Positions 6,870 through 13,753 of a DNA stretch of 32,000 nucleotides are shown piece by piece (positions within the stretch are counted from its first letter, which is position 1; each line of letters begins with the position of its first letter). Location of the stretch: the NCBI GenBank assembly GCA_047651235.1, contig CP178758.1, positions 720,001-752,000 of the forward strand, given 5' to 3'. The notes under the pieces are model-generated. The model worked only from the letters and a program-made list of their open reading frames with translations. It ran no database searches and was not told where the DNA came from. Position numbers and translations under genes: made by a program. Origin of the DNA: Candidatus Electrothrix yaqonensis (lineage in GTDB: Bacteria; Desulfobacterota; Desulfobulbia; Desulfobulbales; Desulfobulbaceae).

Positions 6870-9380
6870 ATGACCGACATCAAACAGGACGTTTCCGGCA
6901 GCCATAACGTGGTGGTCGCCACCGAGACCGGTGACGTCATCATTAATCCCCAACCGGAAACCTCGCCCCCGCCTCTCCCCCTCTCCAACAAATTCTACTT
7001 CCGCCCCCTGCCGACGACCGATGCCCGGCTTTTCGGCAGGGAAGAGGAACTGAATCTGCTTGACCAAGCCTGGCAGGACGAGGACACCAGGGTGCTGGTA
7101 CTCACCGCCTTTGGCGGCATGGGCAAGACCGCCCTGATCCAGGCCTGGCTCGATAAACAAGGCTATGCAGGTGCGGATGCGGTCTATACCTGGTCGTTCT
7201 ATTCCCAGGGCACAGCCGAAGACCGGCAGGCATCGGCGGCGGAGTTCTTTGCCAGTGCCCTGCCCTGGTTCGAGCATGACGGCAGCCCGCTGCCCTCGGA
7301 GCATGACCGGGGCCTGCGGTTGGCCGAGCTGGTCTGCCGCCAGCGTACCCTGCTGATCCTTGACGGCCTGGAGCCGCTCCAGTATCCGCCCGGCCCGCTT
7401 GACGGCGAGCTGCGCGACAAGGGCCTACTCTGCCTCTGCCGCCAGCTTGCAGCTGCCAATGCCGGGAGCAGCGGCCTGCTCCTGATCTCCTCGCGCCAGC
7501 CGGTGCAGGAGCTGTCCGGCAGGCCCGGTGCGGAGCAGCACGAACTGGAACCGCTCTCCGAGTCAGCCGGGCTTGCCCTGTTCCGGGCGGCGGGCATTAG
7601 GGGTGAAGATGATGAACTGGCTGCTACAGTAAAAAACTATCACGGCCATGCCCTTTCCCTCTCTCTGCTGGCCACCTATCTGCGCGAGTACGAGGACGGC
7701 GACATCCGCCAGCAGGACGGCCTGCGCTGCCTGACCGAGTTCCCGGAAGAGACCCGCATCAGTCGTCACGCCTTCAGGGTGATGGCTGCCTACGAGCAGC
7801 AGCTGGCCGGAAGCGCGGACGTGCAGGTGCTGTACAGCCTGGGCCTGTTCGACCGCCCGGTGTCTGCCAAGGCAATGGCCTGCCTGCGTCAGTCCGGGAT
7901 TGCCCAGGTCGGCGGGCCGAGCAATAACAAGGTCTTTCAGGCGGCCTGCAACCGGCTGCGCAGACTGGGGTTACTGAACAAGGAAGAGGCGCAGCATCCC
8001 GGTTCGCTTGACTGCCACCCGCTGGTGCGTCAGTACTTCGGCACACGGCTGGAGGAGCTGCACCCGGCAAGCTGGCAGCAGGCCCATGCCCGGCTGTACG
8101 AGTATTTCAAGGCCCTGCCGGAAAAGGAACTGCCCGACACCCTGGAGGAGTTGGAGCCGCTCTTTGCTGCGGTGCGCCACGGCTGTGCCGCCGGGATGCA
8201 CCAGCAGGCCGTGGAGGAAGTGTACTGGCCGAGGATCCAGCGGTCAGGAGACAACTATCTCTGCAGTAAACTCGGTGCCTTTGCCGCAGACCTGGCCGTG
8301 GTGGCCCTTTTCTTTGCCCGGCCCTGGCACACACCGGCCCCGGCATTGACCGAGGCAGACAAGGCAGTGGTGCTCACCTGGGCTGCCTTTGGCCTGCGCG
8401 CCCTGGGCCGGCTGGCCGAGGCAGCAGAGCCGATGCAGGCCGGGCTGGAGATGCAGATTCAGCAGGAGGAATGGACGAATGCCGCAATCGCAGCCTCCAA
8501 TCTCAGCGAGCTGCTCCTGACCATCGGTGCCGTGGCCCGTGCGCTTGCGGCCGGGCAGCAAAGTGTGGACCTGGCAGACCGGAGCGAGGATGCCTTTCAG
8601 CGTGAGAGTAAGCGCACCACCTTGGCCGATGCCCGGCACCAGGCCGGGGAACAGGCAGAGGCCCGCGCCCTGTTTGCCCGGGCCGAGCAGCTGCAGCAGG
8701 AACGCCAGCCCCAGTTTGACCGCCTCTATTCCCTGCGGGGATTTCAATACTGCGATCTGCTCCTGGGCCTGGGTGAATATGAGGAAGTGCGCGGGCGGGC
8801 AGCGCAGACGCTGGAGTGGGCAAAACAGTATCTTGGTTTATTAGACAATGCCCTGGACCAGCTCTCCCTGGGCCGTGCCGCCTTGCAGGAATCGATTGCC
8901 CAGGCTGGCCTGCCTGCTGTTTCCGGCCCTGCCCCGGACTTGGCCTGTCTTGCCCTGCCCGACAGCACAAGAGCATCGGATAGCCGAGGTATGGAAACCA
9001 TGCACCGGGCCAAGGATTGGCTGGACCAGGCAGTGGCTGGTTTGCGGAAAGCGGGACAGGAAGACGACTTACCCCGTGGCCTGCTCGCCCGTGCCGCTTG
9101 GTGCCGCTGGGCCATTGTCCTGCTCAAGCAGGCAGATGCCATCACCCAGGCTGTGCAGGACGTGCAGGAAACAGAAGAGATTGCCCAACGCGGCGGCATG
9201 CGCCTCCACCTGATTGACTTCCACCTCGAAGCCGCTCGCCTTGCCCTTACCGCAGACCAGGACATCCTCAACCGCAGTGCTGCCGAGCATCTGGCCGCTG
9301 CCAAAAAAGGCATCGAAGAAACCGGCTACAACCGCCGCCTGCCGGAGGTGGAGAATATCGAGGAGGCACTGGAGGCATAG
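6870..9380 (+). CDS. NLR-like STAND NTPase: short N-terminal motif, Pro-rich linker, NB-ARC (AP-ATPase) domain and C-terminal TPR-like helical repeats
   Basis: Motifs occur in NB-ARC order: Walker A LVLTAFGGMGKTAL, Walker B TLLILDGLE, LLLISSRQP (RNBS-B/sensor-I-like) and GHALSLSLLATYL (GLPL-like). The C-terminal ~430 aa are Ala/Leu/Glu/Arg-rich helical repeats. The start is ATG 6870 (MTDIKQDVSG...) or GTG 6843, which lies inside the palindrome. Confidence 0.85.
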   Translation: MTDIKQDVSGSHNVVVATETGDVIINPQPETSPPPLPLSNKFYFRPLPTTDARLFGREEELNLLDQAWQDEDTRVLVLTAFGGMGKTALIQAWLDKQGYAGADAVYTWSFYSQGTAEDRQASAAEFFASALPWFEHDGSPLPSEHDRGLRLAELVCRQRTLLILDGLEPLQYPPGPLDGELRDKGLLCLCRQLAAANAGSSGLLLISSRQPVQELSGRPGAEQHELEPLSESAGLALFRAAGIRGEDDELAATVKNYHGHALSLSLLATYLREYEDGDIRQQDGLRCLTEFPEETRISRHAFRVMAAYEQQLAGSADVQVLYSLGLFDRPVSAKAMACLRQSGIAQVGGPSNNKVFQAACNRLRRLGLLNKEEAQHPGSLDCHPLVRQYFGTRLEELHPASWQQAHARLYEYFKALPEKELPDTLEELEPLFAAVRHGCAAGMHQQAVEEVYWPRIQRSGDNYLCSKLGAFAADLAVVALFFARPWHTPAPALTEADKAVVLTWAAFGLRALGRLAEAAEPMQAGLEMQIQQEEWTNAAIAASNLSELLLTIGAVARALAAGQQSVDLADRSEDAFQRESKRTTLADARHQAGEQAEARALFARAEQLQQERQPQFDRLYSLRGFQYCDLLLGLGEYEEVRGRAAQTLEWAKQYLGLLDNALDQLSLGRAALQESIAQAGLPAVSGPAPDLACLALPDSTRASDSRGMETMHRAKDWLDQAVAGLRKAGQEDDLPRGLLARAAWCRWAIVLLKQADAITQAVQDVQETEEIAQRGGMRLHLIDFHLEAARLALTADQDILNRSAAEHLAAAKKGIEETGYNRRLPEVENIEEALEA

Positions 9381-9413
9381 GGGTCGTTCGCGAACCGCCC
9401 CTACCTGCCACTG

Positions 9414-9528
9414 ATCGAGATACACCCGTTACTCACATCGAGACACGCCCGTTACTCGCATCGAGACACGCCCGTTACTCGCATCGAGCAACACTCATTA
9501 CTCAACCTGAGACACGCCCGTTACTCCT
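9414..9528. repeat. Five tandem copies of a 23-bp direct repeat (consensus ATCGAGACACGCCCGTTACTCGC)
   Basis: Copies lie at 9414, 9437, 9460, 9483 and 9506. Copies 2 and 3 are identical and copy 4 is the most diverged. The period is 23 (not a multiple of 3) and there are no spacers, so the array is non-coding and not CRISPR. Confidence 0.9.
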
Positions 9529-9600
9529 CCGGTTGAACAGAAAGAGCAGTCCTTTCCTGCCGGGCATCAAAAACGGGGAGATATGCTCAGGGCCGACAGA

Positions 9601-9669
9601 CGCCGCCTCCCGGAAGTGGAGAATATTGAGGAAGTGCTGCAAAAGACGACCCCTGGTGTCCGCCGTTAA
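9601..9669 (+). pseudogene. Remnant of an NLR-paralogue 3' end (duplicate of the last codons of the upstream NLR gene)
   Basis: 9601-9639 matches 9333-9371 at 33/39 nt. It translates to RRLPEVENIEEVLQKTTPGVRR* versus RRLPEVENIEEALEA* at the NLR C-terminus. No NTPase domain lies upstream of it. Confidence 0.6.
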
Positions 9670-9753
9670 TGTCCAACGTAATGCCCAACGGAACAACCAT
9701 GCCCGTCACTTACATATCCATTAACAGAATCTGAGAAAAGGGAAGGAAAACTC

Positions 9754-10341
9754 ATGCCACTGCCTCAGCAAGAACCGGAACAGCAGATTAGTGAACAGGA
9801 ATACCTGGACGGTGAGCTCCTCAGTGACGTGAAGCACGAATTCATTGACGGCTCTGTTTACGCAATGGCAGGGGCCAGTGCTGATCACGGCAGAATAGCA
9901 GGCAATCTTTTTGCTGCCTTCCTGCGCCATCTTCAGGAACAGAAGTCGCCATGTGAGCCTTTCCTGGCTGACATGAAAGTAAAAACCGGCAACAAGTTTT
10001 TTTATCCGGATGTGCTTATCTCCTGTGAGCAGGAAGAAAATGACTATTACCGCAATGCGCCGCTGCTCATTGTTGAGGTGGTCTCCCGGTCAACCCGGAA
10101 AAACGATAACACTGTAAAGCGCCTATGCTATCAAAATATTCCCAGCCTGGAAGAATTCGTTTTGATTGAGCAGGACTTTGTCGATATTGAGGTGTGCCGG
10201 CGGAACAAGCACTGGCGGCCTGAGCATTATTATCTCGGCGATGCAGTGCACTTTGCCTCCATTAATCTGACCCTGCCGGTGGAGGATATCTACGCACGGG
10301 TGATGAATGATGAGATGCGGGCGCACAGGGGGATGTTATGA
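9754..10341 (+). CDS. Uma2-family (DUF820) putative restriction-endonuclease-like protein
   Basis: Family-typical layout: HEFIDGSVYAMAGASADHGRIAGNL ... YPDVLISC ... PLLIVEVVSRSTRKNDNTVKRLCYQNIPSLEEFVLIEQD. This is the PD-(D/E)xK core (D...EVxS...K). Confidence 0.85.
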   Translation: MPLPQQEPEQQISEQEYLDGELLSDVKHEFIDGSVYAMAGASADHGRIAGNLFAAFLRHLQEQKSPCEPFLADMKVKTGNKFFYPDVLISCEQEENDYYRNAPLLIVEVVSRSTRKNDNTVKRLCYQNIPSLEEFVLIEQDFVDIEVCRRNKHWRPEHYYLGDAVHFASINLTLPVEDIYARVMNDEMRAHRGML

Positions 10342-10354
10342 GTCACAACTACTC

Positions 10355-11020
10355 ATGAATACAAAAAACAATCGCAGGCCGCTCAGGGTGCGTGAGACAG
10401 CCTGGGCACAGAAAACAGCCCGCCTGTTGAGCAGAAAGAATATAACCCCGAATCAGATTTCTCTGATCAGTATATTCTTTGCTGCTGCAGCCGCTGTCAG
10501 CCTGCTTATGCTTCCGTATGTTTCAGGAGCAGGAGCATTTCTGCCGCCGATCCTGGCGGCTATCTTTATCCAGTGCCGCCTTCTCTGCAATCTGTTTGAC
10601 GGAATGGTTGCGGTGGAAGGAGGAAAGACCACTCCTGCCGGGGAATTATTCAACGATATCCCGGACAGGATCGCTGATCCGCTGATCCTGATTGCAGCCG
10701 GTTATGCTGGTATGTCCGGCAACGGAGCGGAAAGCGTCGGATGGTGTGCCGGACTGCTGGCTGTCTTTACCGCATATATTCGTGTATTGAGCGTCAGTAT
10801 CGGTGCTCCTGCCGACTTTCAGGGCCCGATGGCAAAACAGCACCGCATGGCCCTGATGACTGTTGCCTGTCTTCTGACAGCAGGTGAAGGACTGTTCGGG
10901 CAGCAGGGGACAGTTCTGTTTCTTTCCCTTGTCCTGATCGTGATTGGTTCCGTTATCACCGCCTTTCGTCGAATCTTTGCGGCATATCGATACTTGGAGG
11001 ATACGAAAAAAAATGTTTGA
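10355..11020 (+). CDS. CDP-alcohol phosphatidyltransferase family protein
   Basis: Signature D-G-x2-A-x8-G-x3-D-x3-D is present as NLFDGMVAVEGGKTTPAGELFNDIPDRIAD, inside a multi-TM protein. Start taken as ATG 10355; the track's ATG 10307 would overlap the Uma2 gene by 35 nt. Confidence 0.8.
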   Translation: MNTKNNRRPLRVRETAWAQKTARLLSRKNITPNQISLISIFFAAAAAVSLLMLPYVSGAGAFLPPILAAIFIQCRLLCNLFDGMVAVEGGKTTPAGELFNDIPDRIADPLILIAAGYAGMSGNGAESVGWCAGLLAVFTAYIRVLSVSIGAPADFQGPMAKQHRMALMTVACLLTAGEGLFGQQGTVLFLSLVLIVIGSVITAFRRIFAAYRYLEDTKKNV

Positions 11021-11951
11021 CCTTCCGATATATTCTCTCCGGTTTATGCTGATCGTGCTCTGCCTCCTGGCATCTGCCACGCTCGTCCGGTTCATCCTGC
11101 AGAAGAAGCATCCGGCAAAAGACTTCACAGAGCTGCGCCAGCGCATCCGGTCCTGGTGGATCATGATCGGGTTGCTGTTTTTTGCTTTGGCAGGCGGCAA
11201 AACCCTTTCCATTATTTTTTTCGGCCTGCTCAGCTTTCTGGCCCTCAAGGAGTTTCTCTCTATCGTGCCGACCCGATGTGCCGACCGCCGGGTCATATTC
11301 TGGGCCTATCTGTCGATTCCGGTGCAGTATTACTGGGTGTCCATCCACTGGTACGGCATGTTCATTATTTTCATCCCGGTGTACATCTTTCTCTTTCTGC
11401 CTGTCCGGATGATCCTCACCGGCGAGACAAAGGGCTTTATCCGCTCGGCAGGCATTATCCATTGGGGCACCATGCTGACGGTTTTTTCATGCAGCCATAT
11501 TGCCTACATGCTCACCTTTCCGGTGAAAAATTCCGGTGCCGGGAACATCGGTCTTGTCCTCTTCCTCCTGTTCATGACGGAATGCAACGACGTTGCCCAG
11601 TATATCTGGGGAAAATCATTGGGCCAGCATAAAATTATCCCGAAGATCAGCCCCAACAAGACCTGGGAAGGCTTTGTCGGCGGCATGGTCACGGTGACCT
11701 GCTGTGCCGGTTTTGCAGCTCCGTTCCTCACTCCGCTGAGTATTGCTCACGGGCTTCTTGCCGGATTAATCATCAGCGTGAGCGGCTTTATGGGCGATGT
11801 TGTCCTGTCCTCGGTGAAAAGGGATTTACAGATCAAGGACAGCAGTACCCTGATCCCTGGACACGGCGGCATCCTGGACAGAATGGACAGCCTGTTCTAC
11901 ACGGCCCCGCTTTTTTTTCATTACACCTATAGCTGGAGCAGTATAAACTGA
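11013..11951 (+). CDS. cdsA: Phosphatidate cytidylyltransferase (CDP-diglyceride synthase)
   Basis: SPNKTWEGFVGG and GDVVLSSVKRDLQIKDSSTLIPGHGGILDRMDS are the CdsA signature. GGAGGA lies upstream of ATG 11013, which overlaps the upstream stop (ATGTTTGA). The last 8 sense codons and the stop lie inside the MITE-like repeat. Confidence 0.9.
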   Translation: MFDLPIYSLRFMLIVLCLLASATLVRFILQKKHPAKDFTELRQRIRSWWIMIGLLFFALAGGKTLSIIFFGLLSFLALKEFLSIVPTRCADRRVIFWAYLSIPVQYYWVSIHWYGMFIIFIPVYIFLFLPVRMILTGETKGFIRSAGIIHWGTMLTVFSCSHIAYMLTFPVKNSGAGNIGLVLFLLFMTECNDVAQYIWGKSLGQHKIIPKISPNKTWEGFVGGMVTVTCCAGFAAPFLTPLSIAHGLLAGLIISVSGFMGDVVLSSVKRDLQIKDSSTLIPGHGGILDRMDSLFYTAPLFFHYTYSWSSIN

Positions 11952-12035
11952 ATACAGGATCAGCTATCTGAAAGGCGTGAAGGCAAAACTTATGCCTCTT
12001 GTGGGCATATTCAAATTATGTTGCTCCAGCTATAC
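11928..12035. mobile_element. 108-bp MITE-like element, copy 1, with terminal inverted repeats TATAGCTGGAGCA
   Basis: Differs at 2 positions from 28736-28843. The termini are 13-bp perfect inverted repeats, extendable to about 27 bp imperfect (22/27). Homology stops sharply at both ends. Internal small hairpins are AGGCA/TGCCT and ATGCC/GGCAT. Confidence 0.8.
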
Positions 12036-12086
12036 GCCCATTGTAGACATCAAGAATAAACCTGCCCGGATTACGGCCACAGCGTC

Positions 12087-12505
12087 ATGAACAAACTGTG
12101 TAAAGATCTGCAGTACGTTGACCGGATGGATCATCCTGAAGATTTTGTCAGCGTTGTGAAGACCTTTGAACTGCCCGAAGGTGTAGACCCGAAGGATTAT
12201 GCCCGTCCGGGGGTTGATCCTGTTGCCCTTCTGAATGCATTGGATAAGAAACATGTTTTTCAAACAGCTTCTCAGGAGAAATCGAGAGTGCGCATCGGTA
12301 TATCATTCAGGAACGTCTGAAAATAGCCGGGGCATGGTGGACACCGGAGAGTGCCCGGTTTATGCTTGCACTGCGGGTTGATCGGGCGGACGGATACTGG
12401 GATCGGCACCGACAGTATGGGCAGTGCTGCGTAGAAAACCGCACTTTTAATCGTACCCCCCCCTTTCGGTGTCCACCAGTTGACCCGAATTACATCTTGC
12501 TGTAA
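12087..12505 (+). pseudogene. Frameshifted and truncated transposase C-terminal remnant (family uncertain; ISKra4-like tail is my tentative recollection)
   Basis: ORF 12087-12320 contains ...YVDRMDHPEDF.... After a frame change near 12298 the sequence reads IIQERLKIAGAWWTPESARFMLALRVDRADGYWDRH...*, with stop at 12503-12505. The RLKxAGxxWsxxxAxxMLxLR...W pattern is typical of the C-termini of several DDE transposases. No N-terminal catalytic part is present. Confidence 0.5.
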
Positions 12506-12704
12506 AATGGAATCTGTTTTCTTGCGGAAAAAAGTAGCGAAAAACGGTAAAAAGGGTACCGTTGTGGACTTGACCGATTTTTACTAAGGTAGAGGATCAG
12601 AATGATTTCGGCCCTGCAGGCGGGGAGAAAAACTGAGCGGCATTTTTCCAGTGCGGTTGAGTCAGGCGATTTGTTCAGGAGATTCTGAGTATCGAGGATG
12701 GAAG

Positions 12705-12731
12705 ATGACGCGGATTTTCACATGATATAAT
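12705..12731 (+). promoter_or_regulatory. Putative extended -10 promoter (TGaTATAAT) for the AT-rich membrane-protein gene
   Basis: TGATATAAT lies at 12723-12731, 21 nt before ATG 12752. There is a weak -35-like ATGACG at 12705-12710. Confidence 0.35.
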
Positions 12732-12751
12732 ATCGTTGGTCTGGACTGGTT

Positions 12752-13705
12752 ATGAGACAAAAAGGTGATCAGCAGTCAGCACAAATTCCGAATGAATCCA
12801 AAAATCTTTTAGGATGTTCAAGGATTCATGAACCATGCTTTCCGTATTTTGGAAGCGTCTATATAGCCTTGCTTAGCGTAATGCAAGGTATAGTCCTTGC
12901 CGCAACACTTTCTCCTTTTGCATATTTTGTATACAGGGGAAGTTATGAAGCTATCCTGTTTATACCTATACTGATTCAGGCAGTTGTGATATGGCACAAG
13001 TATGTCAATCATCATCAAGTACTTGGATGGCAGCTTGGTCCGCTGGACACAGTGCTTGTTGCAACTTTTGGCCTATTGCAGGCTTTTATGGTCAGTGCCG
13101 CTACTCAAAACTATCCAGTTGCTGGTAACAGTTTGTTGCTGAACATCCATATATTTGACAGTCAAATAATATGTATACTTTTTGAGATATCAATATCTGG
13201 TTTACTGGGTGTAGCTGCCTACGCTTATTCAGGGGCAACTGCTTCAGATTCTTATGTCAAAAATGCTCTTGCAGCACATTTCAATTCTTGTCCAAAGTAC
13301 GAGCAAAGAAAAATACACTGCATGTTATCCCCAGAAGAGTTGTATTCCTTCCTGATAGGATTTGAAGTTTGGTGTATTGTTGGAACATTGGAAATAAGTA
13401 TCCTTCTTTTCTTGAATCTGTCTTTCTATTTGTTTCTTACAATATTTCTTGGTGTATCGGTTATTCCCTCTTCCGTCATTTCGATAACAATATCTGCCAT
13501 AATTTTATTTTACTATGCATGGCGCTACGATTTTAAAAGAGCAGTATCCGACTTTGAGAGGATACTGCATATAATAAGTTTTGGAGATGAGAGCTTGCTG
13601 TTAACAGAAACAGGAAAAAATAAATTTCTATGCTGGATGGTCTTTATTCCAGTGCACTTTCTGGATTCCTTACCATTGGTAAGATGGTTAGACGAACGAA
13701 TTTAA
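12752..13705 (+). CDS. Orphan polytopic membrane protein, strongly AT-rich gene (function unknown)
   Basis: 317-aa ORF with about 7 hydrophobic segments and no motif I recognise. Hand counts of 60-nt lines give about 27-47% G+C here, versus about 65-72% in the NLR gene. The true start is uncertain. Confidence 0.55.
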   Translation: MRQKGDQQSAQIPNESKNLLGCSRIHEPCFPYFGSVYIALLSVMQGIVLAATLSPFAYFVYRGSYEAILFIPILIQAVVIWHKYVNHHQVLGWQLGPLDTVLVATFGLLQAFMVSAATQNYPVAGNSLLLNIHIFDSQIICILFEISISGLLGVAAYAYSGATASDSYVKNALAAHFNSCPKYEQRKIHCMLSPEELYSFLIGFEVWCIVGTLEISILLFLNLSFYLFLTIFLGVSVIPSSVISITISAIILFYYAWRYDFKRAVSDFERILHIISFGDESLLLTETGKNKFLCWMVFIPVHFLDSLPLVRWLDERI

Positions 13706-13719
13706 AATAAATTTTTATT
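13706..13719. promoter_or_regulatory. AT-rich palindrome AATAAA-TT-TTTATT upstream of znuA (possible Zur/Fur-type operator; weak)
   Basis: Perfect 6+2+6 palindrome 35 nt upstream of the znuA ATG. AT-rich palindromes arise easily by chance. Confidence 0.2.
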
Positions 13720-13753
13720 ACCAAAAACAATCTTTTCGAGTAGTTTTATCAGA

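Noticed and set aside
7165-9425. Dense stack of 60-190-aa ORFs on both strands inside the NLR gene (for example 8744-9313 minus, 8244-8747 minus, 8503-8976 minus, 8008-8349 plus)
   Set aside because: This is the expected by-product of high G+C (few stop codons). The products are Arg/Pro/Gly/Ala-rich and lack starts with an RBS. All are nested in an ORF with clear NB-ARC motifs.
9414-9528. Could the 23-bp repeat array be a CRISPR array?
   Set aside because: The repeats are directly adjacent with no unique spacers. There are only five copies, one of them degenerate, and no cas genes are in the window. It is a simple tandem repeat.
12346-12476. 11-bp inverted repeat GGTGGACACCG / CGGTGTCCACC, 110 nt apart
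   Set aside because: It lies inside the transposase remnant's coding sequence. It is short enough to be coincidental or a relic of the IS, with no supporting context.
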